Of a stretch of 64,000 bases of DNA, positions 1 through 11,869 are shown piece after piece. The DNA comes from Ptychomitrium polyphyllum (Eukaryota). The notes under the pieces are model-generated. The model ran no database searches, was not told the DNA's origin, and saw only the letters and a program-made list of their open reading frames with translations. Location: assembly GCA_973851085.1 (NCBI GenBank), contig OZ316775.1, forward strand, positions 22,878,001 to 22,942,000, written 5' to 3'. The position numbers were made by a program, and so were the translations under genes. The first letter of the stretch is position 1. The number at the start of each line of letters is the position of its first letter.

Positions 1-29
1 GCTGTGGATGTTTCCAGCTGGTGTTGTGT

Positions 30-730
30 GGTCTACATTTCCCTTACTTGATGAGATGTGCTTGTCATGTGATTTTGATTTTTGACCCAGGATCTAATTG
101 GTGCAGCTTGATAGCTACTCTGCATCAGGCATGGGGTTAAAGATGGTAGAGTCTTTCTCCAGGACAAGCCCATTGTCAACAGATACTGCATCACCAAAAC
201 ATTTGGATTCTTGCATAACAAGCTTCAGTGCCCTATCTGAACATGAAGAATTTTAAATCCCTTGTAGTGAGGGATTGAAGAGAGAGAGAGCGGCACGGTG
301 ATGTGCCGTAGTGGGCAGCCTGGCTAAATCATCTCCTAGCCTCCGTTGGGTGGGTAATTTCAATTTTGGTTTACCTTAACCTTCTCAAGACTCTATATGG
401 TATTTCTTGTGCCCCCGGCATACAACAACCTCCTATGTCACTTTTGCTTAGGAATTAGGATTTAGAATACAATCCCACTTTGTATCATAATGGCTGCAAG
501 TAAATTTAGGGTCCATTGATCGCATTGCCTCTTTCTCAAAATTTGCACTTATCATTGTTTCTAGAGCCTTCATTAGATTTGTTTTGGAATTGTTTGAAAT
601 GTGCTTCTTGATGTGCAATGGCAAAAGCTTCATCCTCTTGTGTTACATCAGCAATAAGCAAAATATAGGATTCACAATCAAAGTTTTTCCATGATGCAAG
701 TAGTATTAGCAATTTCCTTTCTTTCCACAC
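30..730 (-). mobile_element. Highly degenerate Ty1/Copia gag-protease relic
   Basis: Minus-strand translations give a zinc-knuckle-like 'KFTCSHYDTKWDC' (448-633 ORF) and, with a frameshift near 60-95, '*IL..../NHMT' resembling the Copia protease motif WILDSGASxHMT. Many stops; boundaries approximate. Confidence 0.4.
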
Positions 731-1479
731 TAGACAATTCTTGTGCTGTGTGAGCCTAATTTATCTTCCCCTAGTAGTAAGAATATTAGTTCACACAATC
801 CTACTTCTATATGCAATTATTTATGTCGCGTTATGGTTCAACTAAAAATTGCCTAGTTGACTTAACCTCCAAATTGGAAAAAAATACTCCATATTTAGTC
901 TAACATTGATGTTGTAGCATCAATTATAATGTAATTCAATAATATATGGCCAACTATATTTTTAAATTACCTACTAATTATCTAGCCGAGCTCTTTCCAA
1001 TCTCAACCTTTAAATCGCTGCTTCAATTCTAAGGGGCAGCCAGATTCCCTGGTACTAATTTGGTTGTTGCCGTCATCTCCGTAGTCCAAAACTCTAGATC
1101 TTTTATTTCTTTGTAACTAGACTTCAAGCAGCTTTAGCGCAATTGAATTTTGTTGTGATTGGACTTGTGACCACCAAGATGTGCCTTGCCAAAGTTGGAC
1201 TTACAAGACTGCCCAATTGAAGGACACCTTCACTTCAAACGGCCGCTATTTCTTCCATGCTTCTTCAAATAGTACTTTCTTTAGCTTGTTGAAAAGCTTA
1301 TAATTCCCTCTACCAATCATTCAAATTTCAATTCCTACACTTGCACAATGAAGGACTAACGGCCCAAAATCCAAGCCCTAATTGTTGCCCCATTTTTGCT
1401 CTAATACTAACTTTCTTTGTTAGACACCTAATCACTTTTTTGCTCATAATCAACTTCCATTTTCTAAAACCTAATTGTG

Positions 1480-2110
1480 TCAACTAACTTCCAAACCTAT
1501 TTGAAAAAACCTAACTTCGAACCCTAACTTCAAACCTTGACTTCAAAACCTAATTTCAAAACCTAACTTTCTTTGCTTTTTCAAGCAAAAAACCTCTCTT
1601 GCTAAAATCAATGGAGTGCTTCCAACTAAACTTTGCTTAAAAAAAAACTCCCTCTTCTTTATTTCCTTACTTCCTTTTTTATAAGGAGCCTCACTACCTT
1701 ACTCCATTCTCATTGGCTACTGAAATTTCTAGGTCATTTGACCCTAATCCACACTTTGACTTTTTCCTAAATGTAGCTGCTAATCTAATTTCAGCCCTTA
1801 ATCTAAATTTAATTGATTTTCTATATTTCAGCTATTGATTTAAATGTAACTATTATTTTTAATTTAATAATTATTTTAAATTTATTGACTATTCTAAACT
1901 TAGCTATATTCCTAGATTCTAATTATTATTTTAAATATAGTTGATATTCTAAATCTAGATATTTTTAAAGATTTTAGTAGCTATTATAAATATAATTGTT
2001 CTAATTACGGATGATTTTAGATTTCAGCAGCTATTTAAAATTTAATTATTATTCTAATTTTAGCTATAATTCTAAATTTAGCTTCTATTCAATTTTAGCT
2101 CCTATTTTAA
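1480..2110. repeat. Degenerate tandem arrays (~13-bp AAAACCTAACTTC-like, then ~18-bp CTAAATTTAGCTATTATT-like), probably within an LTR-element non-coding region
   Basis: Repeated aaacctaacttc variants at ~1480-1570 and many ctaaatttagct-type units at ~1765-2110, read by eye. Confidence 0.55.
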
Positions 2111-2379
2111 TCAGTAATAATTCCTTATCTAATTACCTCGCTTCCAATTTGTCTAATTTTGGAAACTTATTCTTCTTTCTTTGATTTACTCTATTTATTG
2201 GACTTAACCATCATGGGCCACGAGCGTCTATCCAAATTACATTAAAGTCTCTTTAAAGATTGACTATATCCTTAATTTGGCCCTTTGACACTAATTAGGC
2301 CTAATTTTATCTACAATTATTATTTTTTAACAATTTTTAAGAGAAAATACCATAATGTGCTAATTTCATAGCGCACACA

Positions 2380-3120
2380 ATATATTTGATAAAAAATAAT
2401 TTCTTCTTAGTAATCTTTCTTTTAGTAACTGATCATCAATAATCAGCCCTCAGTAATCAACAAATAACAAGATTAGAGTTCTAAATTCAGATGTACATTA
2501 ATTAGATAAATTGTTGTTATAAAGCAATATCTTCTTTAAAGGCGGCATGTATTTAATACTCTAGTAGAATTTGTAGTTCAAAGTTAAAATTAGCAAAATT
2601 TATGTATGTTTTTAAAACCCTAATCAAGTTTTTCTTGTATTTTTTTTATCTTTGTTTTTGGATCACCAAGTATGTTAGTAGAATATTAGTTTATGATTGA
2701 AAGTTTAGAATTGATCTGAAAATTGTTTAGTCTACACTACAGGTTGGGATTATAATGAAGTTTTTGATTAAAGAATGTTTAGCCAATCATTAAATGAATA
2801 ATGATTAACGGGCTAGGAAATGCTCAAAGGACTATTATTGTCTTTAACTAGTACAACCTTTTGGATCTAAAAATCTAGTAATAGAGGAATTTGCCACAAA
2901 AATGTCAGAGCTTCAGGCAATCATAAAGACCTAATAAAAATAAGCTTAAGAATACTTTAAAGCAACAATGAATGCAATGAATGCAACAAGGAAAGAACAA
3001 CTTCCATTTCAAGTTGGTGGAAAGGTGAAGCTCCTGTGACGCAATATAAAGACTAACAAGCCATGCGGCAATTTAGACCATTGTAAGTAGGAATCATTTC
3101 CAATACAAAATTACCAACAA
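2380..3120 (+). mobile_element. Degenerate Ty3/Gypsy (chromovirus-like) integrase fragment
   Basis: 3007-3080 translates 'FQVGGKVKLL*RNIKTNKPCGNLD', matching the FxVGDxVWLxxxNIKTxRPxxKLD segment preceding the GPF/Y motif of Tf1/Tcn1-type integrases. 2400-2555 is an inverted homolog of 3370-3530. Confidence 0.6.
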
Positions 3121-3369
3121 AAGTGCAATACATAAATGTATTAGCGAACTAACCATTTTTTAATCAAAAACTACACTACAATTTTAACTATTACTGTATA
3201 CAAAACAATTTTTAAATTAGTTATAAACTACCAATCAAATATTAACACTTTGCTAATATACTAAGTGATCTAGAAACAAAGAAAAAATACCTAAAAAAAT
3301 TGATTAGATTTAAATAGAATATTCAAAGTTTGCTAACTTTGGACTTTTAATTACAAACTCTCTTGAAAT

Positions 3370-4472
3370 AATAATTACATGGCGCCTTTACAGATGGCAC
3401 CACTTTAACACAATAGTTTACATAATCAATATACATAGAAGCCCTAATTTCTAACTTTGTTGGTTATTAATTTGAGGGTTGATTACCAATAGTTAATTAT
3501 TGAGGAGAAATTACCGAGCAAAGATCATTCCTTACAAAGTACTTAATTGGAAGATTTATAATAATTTTCTTCTAATAATAACCAATCTTTATCATTAATA
3601 GTAATTATATACTATCAAATACTAGTCACCAAGCACTAAATTTAAAGAGTTTATCGATCCAAGGTATTAATTAGTAACCAACCTTTGATAGATAAAAATT
3701 GTTAGTGAGAAATATATCCCAAAATTAAAAGATATTAAAATCATTATGTGTAGAAGGTGGATTATCTAGTGTGGAAGAAGAATTGAAGGTGATAGAATTG
3801 TTGAAAGGAGCTTTGTAAGTGGGTAGTGGAGGATGTAAGGATAATATAGACTCATTAGATGTGATCACATGCCAAAAAACGAGGTGGAAAGTATTAATTC
3901 TAAAATTGGTAAGATGAGAATTTGATGAAAATAAAGCCGTCTTCTTCTCGGGTCCATCTATTATTGGGCAAATTGGAAGAAAGATTAAGTAATTAAACAC
4001 AATATTGAAAGAATGCTAGATTGTTCCATTTATCAAAAGGAATGTCGAGGAATATTTTTGATAAAACTTGTAGGTTGTTGAACATGGCTAACATTTTTAG
4101 TGCTATAGGGGTGTTGGATTTTGGTTGATAGGTTCATTGGTATCCTATAAAGGAAAATATGATTAGTCATGGTAGTAGGTGGAAAAATTAAAGCCTGAGA
4201 GAATATAAAGTTTGGAATAAGGTTGTATCATTAAGTTGAGCAAAGGTTAGTTCAAAAAGATATAGAAGTCCTTGTATACGTACACAAAGATGACTCATTG
4301 GGACAAAGTTTTTTTGAATAGAGAAGTTAATCAAATTATAGAAGATTAAGACTACGGTAGTTGATATAGGCAAGTACAAAGATTGTAGCTTTGAAAATTT
4401 TGCATAGAAACTAGAAGTATTAAGTTGAATTTCATAAATCCAAATGAACTACTTCACAAAATAGTTTGGCTA
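3370..4472 (-). mobile_element. Degenerate chromoviral Gypsy gag/protease/pol relic, 3' part (interrupted by the Copia element)
   Basis: Minus strand joins across the Copia TSD to 11305+ and reads as a gag-like 'FKLPLEQ...FG...YAKFSKL'. Protease-C-terminus-like text near 3900-4000; homology to the 2400-2555 pol linker. Confidence 0.5.
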
Positions 4473-4477
4473 TGTAT

Positions 4478-5339
4478 TGTTGAAAAGAGTGAAACATACA
4501 AAAAATTCCTAATTGATGTTTTTCTTGTATGATACTTAACCTTAATAAGTTGCTAATAATTAAAGGGATATTAAGGAAGAGGCCATAAAGAATATAAAGG
4601 TTATGATTAAGAAAAAGGCAATTCACAAATCTAAAAAAGGAATTAAAAAAATAAAATAAAATAAAATAAAGAGAGTATGAAAAATATTGAAGTTTTAATA
4701 AAAAACAAGTTAAGAATAACATCATTGTCGAGGACATATCAGATACTAAGTCATGAACTTGGTTGATTGAATAAGTTCCAGCAATTAAACTGATTCAAGT
4801 TTTATTATTGTTGGATTTGATGAATAAAATGGCAGCATTTAACTTGATACTGCTAACAAGAATGGCAAGCAAGAAAATACTACAATCAACCGGCTTATTC
4901 ATCCTAAGTTAAGACAAGATGCAAAAAAATACTACAATCAACCGGCTTATTCATCCTAAGTTAAGACAAGATGCAAGAAAATACTACAATCAACCTGCTT
5001 ATTCATCCTAAGTTAAGACAAGATGCAGTTCCACCTCCAAAGACAAATAAAAATAGACATTATCCAATCTAATTATTTCTTTATCCTAATACTCTTTTCC
5101 AAATACAATAACTTAAATTCCAAAATACAACAAATATTAATTAAGTTTTAAAATGTACAACTAAATACAGCAGGACAACAACTAGGATCGCGGATAGGCC
5201 TTGGCCACCCTTGAATGTCTTTTCCACTATATAAATAAACCGTAATGGAAGTAAGAATCATCTTGCTCTACATTTCTTCTATTGCAACCTCACTCTTTCT
5301 TCTTGCTCATTGTACTAGTTTTGTTGCATTTCCTCAATA
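4478..5339 (+). repeat. 5' LTR of the Copia element (contains a 555-bp insertion)
   Basis: 4478-4623 and 5179-5339 align with the 3' LTR; TATA-like 'ctatataaata' at ~5227. Confidence 0.9.
4869..5027. repeat. 52-bp tandem repeat, 3 copies
   Basis: Unit gcaagaaaatactacaatcaaccggcttattcatcctaagttaagacaagat starts at 4869, 4921 and 4973, with 1-2 mismatches between units. Confidence 0.95.
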
Positions 5340-5719
5340 ATTTATGGACCTACTCACACTTAATTGTCTTCTAAAGTGTTTGTAGTTGTTTTTCTTGTGT
5401 GGAGTAAGATCACTTGGTAGTTGTTGATATAGTTAGAATCGCCTAACTTTGAGTTTTGATCCATGTAGGTGCTTGTATAAATGTTTTGAGCTCATTTAGG
5501 ATTGCAATTTTTTTAATTCCTTGAATAGTGAGTATTTTTGAGTGATGATAAGGCCTTGATGGTGCTTTTAATGGATTCAAGCTCTCTAACACTAACTTCT
5601 TGTATTTAATGTTGTTCCCTAATTATCTCATTAAGAAGAGTGCTTATTGAATGGAAATACTGAGTTGAGAGGCTTGTCTCTTTGCTCATAGTTATGAAGA
5701 CTTGTGAGAAGCATAGGAG

Positions 5720-8700
5720 TTGAGCAAAAGTGTGTTTGGAGATATACTTGGTGAGAACTTCTACCAATGGAAGGTTAGGATGGAATTCTCGTTGGCTTCT
5801 TTGGACCTTTGGAACATTATAGACAAGAATGAGGTTGCTCCACCATTGTTGGCGGAAACAAAGGAGAGAAAAGAGTTCCAATGTCGAGAAAAGAAGGCTT
5901 TTGGCATTCTTGCCAACAACCTTGACAATGCCAATTTTGCCTATATCATCTCTTGCAAAAGACCAGCAAAAGCATGGAAGATTCTTTGCAACATCTATGA
6001 GAATAGAAACCTCTCCAATATCATCTTTACAAGGAAGAAGTTCTTAAACTACAAGATGGAAGAAGGGCAGGACCTCATGCCGCATGTTAACAAGTTGAAG
6101 GCCCTTCAAGGCAACTTGCCATTGTAAACAAGCCATTAGAGGATTGGAATATTGTGACTATATTACTAATGAACTTGCTAGACTCTTATAGCTATCTTAT
6201 AATGGCCCTCGAGTCCCTTCCCATCAATGACCTCACTATGAACTATGTAATGGCGAAATTGAGCCACAAAGAGACCAAGAGGAAGGAGAAGGGAACTTCA
6301 GGTTAAGACTTGGCCTTCTTCTTGAAGCAAGGCAACTCCATCTATTTTAACCAACATCCAAATTTTAGAACTAGCTTTGTTTGTAGAAAACCACAAAACT
6401 TTGCTCAAAATTGCTACAAGGCTAAGAAATAAGAGAAGGAAGATGCAAACTATGTGATGGATCACTTTGGAGGTGGTCATTGTGCTTTCATGGCAAGATA
6501 AGGGCCGCCCATGGCTGCCTTATCCAAGTAGATAATTAATTCGGGGGCCACAATGTACATGACACCTTACAAGTACTCATTTCACACTTAAAAGGCCATT
6601 CTAACCACTAGTGTGCTCATGGGTGACAATGGCGCGGTGGAAGCCATTGGAATAGGGCCCATTATGATGAAAGTTTTTGTAGGAGGCAACACCAAGAGGA
6701 TCACCTCCAAAGACATGTTCCATGTGCCAAAGATGAAGTTCAACTTCCTCTCGATGAGCAAACTTGGGATTGGAGGATTTGTAGCTCATTTCAATGTGAA
6801 TGGATGTTTTGTGAAGTCATTGGACGAGGATGTTGTTGCCACGGGCTTGAAGGATGGCAACTTATTCTTCATCACATGCAAGAAAGTGAATAAAATAGAG
6901 GTGGTAGCCTTTGCAAGTTCACTCAAGGTAAAGACAAATTTGGCCTTTGGCATTGCCACCCTGGGCATTTAAATGTGAAGGCTATGAAGGAGCTCTAAGG
7001 CATGATAAGTGGCTTCAATCTTGGTACAACATGCCACAAGTCCAAGGAACTTGCTTGTGAGGGTTGCATTCAAGGTAAATAACAAAGGACTTCATTTCCA
7101 AGTGGAGTGGAAACTTGGGCAAGCACATTGTTAGAGATTGTGCATTCAGATGTAAGCGGGCCTATGAGGATTCTGTGTATGGGAAGTGCAAGGTATTTTG
7201 TCATGTTCATTGCTGATTTTATGAGGAAAGTGTAGATGTTCATCCTTAAGGCCAAAAGTAAGTGTTTTGCAAGGTTTAAGGAGTTTAAGGCGCTTGTGGA
7301 GAAGCAATGTGACTCCAAAATTAAGGTGATGCGCTTGGATAATGGTGGTGAGTTCTTCTCCAAGCACTTTGATGATTTCTTGAAGGGTGAAGGCATTACA
7401 AGGTAAATCTCCATTCTATACACTCCACAACAAAATGGAATTGCTGAGAGGATAAATCACACCATTGTGGAGATGGCAAGAAGCATGCTTCATGCTCAAC
7501 ATTTTAGACATGAGTTGTGGGCAGAAATAGTGGTGAATGCAATATACACAAGAAATAGATGCTCCACAAGTGTCATTGTATCCATAACCCTTGAAGAAGC
7601 TTGGGGTGGTAAAAAACCTTGTAATTCATGCATAAGGACCATTGGATGCCTTATATATGCAAAGGTTCCTAATTACAGGAAGTCCAAGCTTGATGCAATG
7701 AGTACAAAGTGTGTGTTCTTTGGTTATTGTGAGGGTAGCAAGGTGTATAGGCTAATGTATGTAGAGAGTAAGAAGATCATCAAGAATTCTTAAAACCCAA
7801 AAGCACTTGTAAGCACTTGGGAATGTGTCCAAGTGGGAGTAATGGTGTGATTGTGGACACATCCTCTACTTTAGCAAAGGAAGGAGATGGAGGTGTGGAT
7901 GGAGGTGAAGGACCAAAAGAAGGAAAGAAGAAGGCGACCTCCATCCTTAAGACCAGCAAAGAAGCTTCACAAAATGATGGTGAGCATATTTCTGTAAGTA
8001 AAGAAGAATAACCTTCAAATGAAAGGGAAATTGATGTAATTCAAGTGGAAAGGCTTGCGATAAGTGGTAGGAGGTACTCCATGAGAGAGAAGAGGCCACT
8101 TAATGAATGGTGGAAGAACCACATCTTTTCCCAAGTGAATGCTGAATATACCAATGTTGCCTTCTTTGTTGATCCTTTGACTATGTACAATGCCTTGAAG
8201 TCTACGGATGCCATTAAGTAAGAGAAGGATATGGAAAAAAAGTTCAAACCACTCATGGACAATGGTTTATGGAACTTGACTCACCTTCCTCCAAATTGTT
8301 CTTTCATGGGTTGCAAGTGGATGTTTAAGACCAAGTGGAATGCTTTGGGTGCAATTCTGAGGTACAAGGCATACTAGTTGCTAAAGGCTACTCACAAGTT
8401 TCTAGTGTAGACTTCAATGAGACCTTTGTATTTGTGGCCAAATTCACCACCATTAGGACCATCTTGGCAATAGCGGCGGCAATGGACTTAGAGATCCACC
8501 AAATGGATGTGAAGACAGCCTTCTTGAATGGAGACTTAGAAGAAGACATCTACATGGAGCAACCTCCAAGATTTTTGCATGAAGGCTTAAAGCACCTTGT
8601 TTGTAAGTTGAAGAAGGCCTTATACAGACTCAAGTAATCACCAAAGGCATGGTACCAATGCATCAATGCATTCTTTAGGAAGGAAAGGTTTGTGAGAAGT

Positions 8701-10880
8701 GAGGCGGACAATTCCTTGTATGTAATGCAAACCAAGGAGTTCTTATTTATTGTGATCCTATATGTGGATGACTTGTTCATATTGGCCAATCTTATAGAAA
8801 AACTAAAGTGGCTAAAGATCAAGCTAGAGAAGGAGTTTGACATGAGTGATTTGGGCAAGTTGCATCATTGCCTTGAAGTGAAGTTTTCGAGGGATCGTGC
8901 AAAGAAAACCATCATTACAAGCCAAAAGAAGTATATTGAAGAGGTATTGAAGCGACTCAACATGGAAGAGTGCAAGCCAGTGGGAAAGCCCTTCAAGGCT
9001 AACTTAAGGCTGATGAAGCTGAGTACTCAGGAGTTTGCTTAAATGAAGGGCAAAATGCAAGGAATTCTATATAAGGCAAGAAGTGGATCATTGATGTATG
9101 CCATGGTGGGCACAAGATTTGATCTTGCGTTTAAGGTGAACATTGTGAGCCACATGTTAAGAGCCGGCTCCATGCATTAGGCAACCATCAAGAGGATCAT
9201 GAAGTATTTGAAGGACACCTTGGAGTTTGTGTTGTGCTTGGAAGGTAATAACATTGAGTTATAAGGGTTTTGTGAAGCAAATTGGGTTGGAGATGCCAAT
9301 GACAAGCGCTCCATAATAGACTATGTGTTTATTCTTGGAGTGGGGCTATCTTTTGGAATTACAAGAAGCAATCCACAATTGCAAGGTCAACCATGGAGAC
9401 AGAGTACATGGTAGAGAGTCATGGTGCAATAGAGGCAATGTGATTGAGGCAACTCTTGGAGGACATTGGATTCATATAAGTAGATGCAATGTCCATCATG
9501 TGTGAAGATCAAGGATGTCTTGCCTTTGCTAAGAATTCCAAGCATCATTTATGAATTAAGCACATCAACATCCAACATCACTTCATAAGAGAGAAGATTG
9601 AGGATGGAGTGATAAATATAAAGTATTGTGCAACGGAGGGCATGCTTTGTTGCAACCCTTGTAATGTACCTTAACAAACGTCACGCGCGTCAATCATGTA
9701 CACCCTCACATGCACATAGTTAACCCCCATTTTCACTCTCCAAGTCCCAACCTTGGTTTCCAATTCCCCCTACCATTTTTCTTAGGACACCCAATTGATG
9801 GTAGCCCATGGTTAGGTGCGGACTTCCATTCATTTTCAAGGCCTCACTTGGTGTTACTCCCATTCTACACGACCTAACCGCACTTAGTGATGTCTCCTCA
9901 TTACTACTCATGATCCCCATGTGATCTTAAGATCACCCCGGGCCATCATGGTGCCGGCGTAAAGACATCACCCCAGCTTAATGGAAGCAAGCATGTCCTT
10001 TTATCTTACTAGTTTATTTTGCAAAACGGGTCATCTACCAGCTTACAATGGTGTGAGAGTCCTCGTGGTGAAGCCCCAATACTAGTTCTATCAACCGGGA
10101 CTCATCCTTGGTTCCTACCGGGACACTAGGGGAGTGGAGAAGGAGACCAACCCTCCCCTATAGTACTCTCTATGGAATTCGGCAAGCCCCCTGGCCCTCT
10201 GTAGCTAGCTGAACCCCGACACACCAAAACTTTGGAAGACCACCCGATCTCCCTTGGGACTTAGCCACTAGAAGCCTCCGAGACTTTCTACAAACCTTTA
10301 GGAAGCCATATCTTCCACGTTTGGTGTCCGAATCTATTGAGCAACCACTCTATCATCATTTATTATTTGCGTAGATACCGCTAGATTCCTCAAACGTCCG
10401 ATTTGACTTATTATTCTTGGAGATATGCCTCTCCTAAGGTTCAAATTTCCTGGAGAGTCCTTCCCTGTATTGTCTTAGTCCAATACAATCACTGTCTAGG
10501 GCTGCCACAGTCTAGAACAGCCCTTTGACAGCCTCAAATTTGGGATGTCATATCTTTTAGCTCCCTTGTCCGATTTGAGCAATCTTTAGTATTCTGTAAT
10601 CAACTCGTTGTGAGTAATCAAATGCCTACAATTTGTCCCTCATGGCCCTTGGTTTTCATGGGCAAGGATGTTTCTCCCTCTCAGGATCCTTCCCATGCTA
10701 GGCCTACTCAGGCCACTTCACTATCGGCGCTACAAGTCTCGGACGTCACTCCAAGGTCTCCCTTGTGCTCTTAGTGTTGCGGGCACTTCTCAAAGAAAGG
10801 TGCACAACATGCTTGGTAATTTGTTTACAAAAATATTGATGAAAGATAGACACCATTTGTTGACAAGGTCAATTGGATAA
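5720..10880 (+). pseudogene. Copia gag-pol polyprotein, disrupted by many stops and frameshifts and by a solo LTR
   Basis: gag 'GENFYQWKVRMEFSLASLDLWNII'; protease '*IINSGATMYMT' (~6529); integrase 'TPQQNGIAERINHTIVEMARSML'; RT 'HQMDVKTAFLNGDL' and 'LYVDDL' (~8758); RNase H 'KHINIQHHFIRE' and 'TEGML|..LFTK' split at 9647/10815. Confidence 0.93.
9648..10809 (-). mobile_element. Solo LTR (1162 bp) inserted into the Copia RNase H
   Basis: TGTTG...CAACA termini, TSD TGCTT at 9643-9647 and 10810-10814, no recognisable coding sequence. Orientation is tentative, inferred from a minus-strand TATA-like motif (~10160) followed by AATAAA (~10015). Confidence 0.88.
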
Positions 10881-10910
10881 AAGGTTGTTTGACCAATAGC
10901 AAAGTAAAAG

Positions 10911-11299
10911 TATTGGAAAGAGTGAAACATTTAAAGTAATCCTAATTGATGTTTTCCTCGTACGGTACTTGACCTTAATAAGTTGCTAATAATCAAAGGG
11001 ATATTAACAAAGAGGCCATAGAGGATATAGAAGCTAAGATTAAAAAAAAGGCAACTAGGATTTGGTATATTGGGTAGGATTAGGGTAGACGTTAGGATTA
11101 GGTTGGCGGCTAGGATTAAGTCGGCCATTTAATTTAAGGCGGCTAGTTTGCGGCTAAAGCTTGGCCGCCTTTGAATGTCATTTCTTCTATATAAGTAAAC
11201 CGTGTTGGAAGTAAGAGTAATCTTGCTCCCCGCTTCTTTTGTTGCAATCTTGCTCTCTCTTCTTGCTTATTGTACTAGTTTTGTTGCATTTCTTCAATA
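10911..11299 (+). repeat. 3' LTR of the Copia element
   Basis: Aligns to the 5' LTR; preceded by purine-rich 'aaagtaaaag' (decayed PPT); followed by the TSD. Confidence 0.9.
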
Positions 11300-11304
11300 T
11301 GTAT

Positions 11305-11800
11305 GAACAAAAAGGACCACCACTGCTCTAAAGGGAGTTTGAACTAGAAACTTAGACTTAACACAACTACATGGTTGCCAAATAATAGGATCAATAATGA
11401 CTAGAGAAAATAGTTGGTAATTAAGATTTCCTAAGAAATGGGAAGTTCCTAATTTACACATCCCAGTAGTAGAAAGATTGGTAGTGTTGATAAAAAATTA
11501 CTTTATAAATACAATCTAACTTAGAAAGAAACATACACAACCAAGTTATACAAACCAGTTGCTACGGAAAAAATAAACACCTTGTTAGTAACCAGACATA
11601 GAATTAAAGGAATAGATGCAACCAAATAGATCAAAAAGAGATAATCTAGTATGAAACAAAAACTTGATTCAAGAAAAATACACCACACCTTCAACTCTTT
11701 TGGATGAGGGTTTAAATACTATATTTGAGATCCTATAATTTTGGATCTACATCCATTACCTAAACTAATAGAGAATTAACTATTGACTATCATTTAGTAG
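11305..11800 (-). mobile_element. 5' part of the chromoviral Gypsy gag relic interrupted by the Copia element
   Basis: Continues the minus-strand gag-like frame of 4380-4472 once the Copia element is removed; right boundary approximate. Confidence 0.45.
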
Positions 11801-11869
11801 GACCAGTAGGGAAAGTTTGATACTACTGGGTATAATACCCTATGCGTTGGTAACAGTATTCTTTGATGC

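Larger units (their letters stand above)
4478..11299 (+). mobile_element. Full-length, inactivated Ty1/Copia LTR retrotransposon
   Basis: Two homologous LTRs (4478-5339, 10911-11299); termini TGTTG...CAATA (decayed CAACA); identical 5-bp TSD TGTAT at 4473-4477 and 11300-11304; internal gag-PR-IN-RT-RH order. Confidence 0.95.

Noticed and set aside
4869..5027. 52-bp repeats as a CRISPR array
   Set aside because: Head-to-tail units without unique spacers, eukaryotic context, no cas genes.
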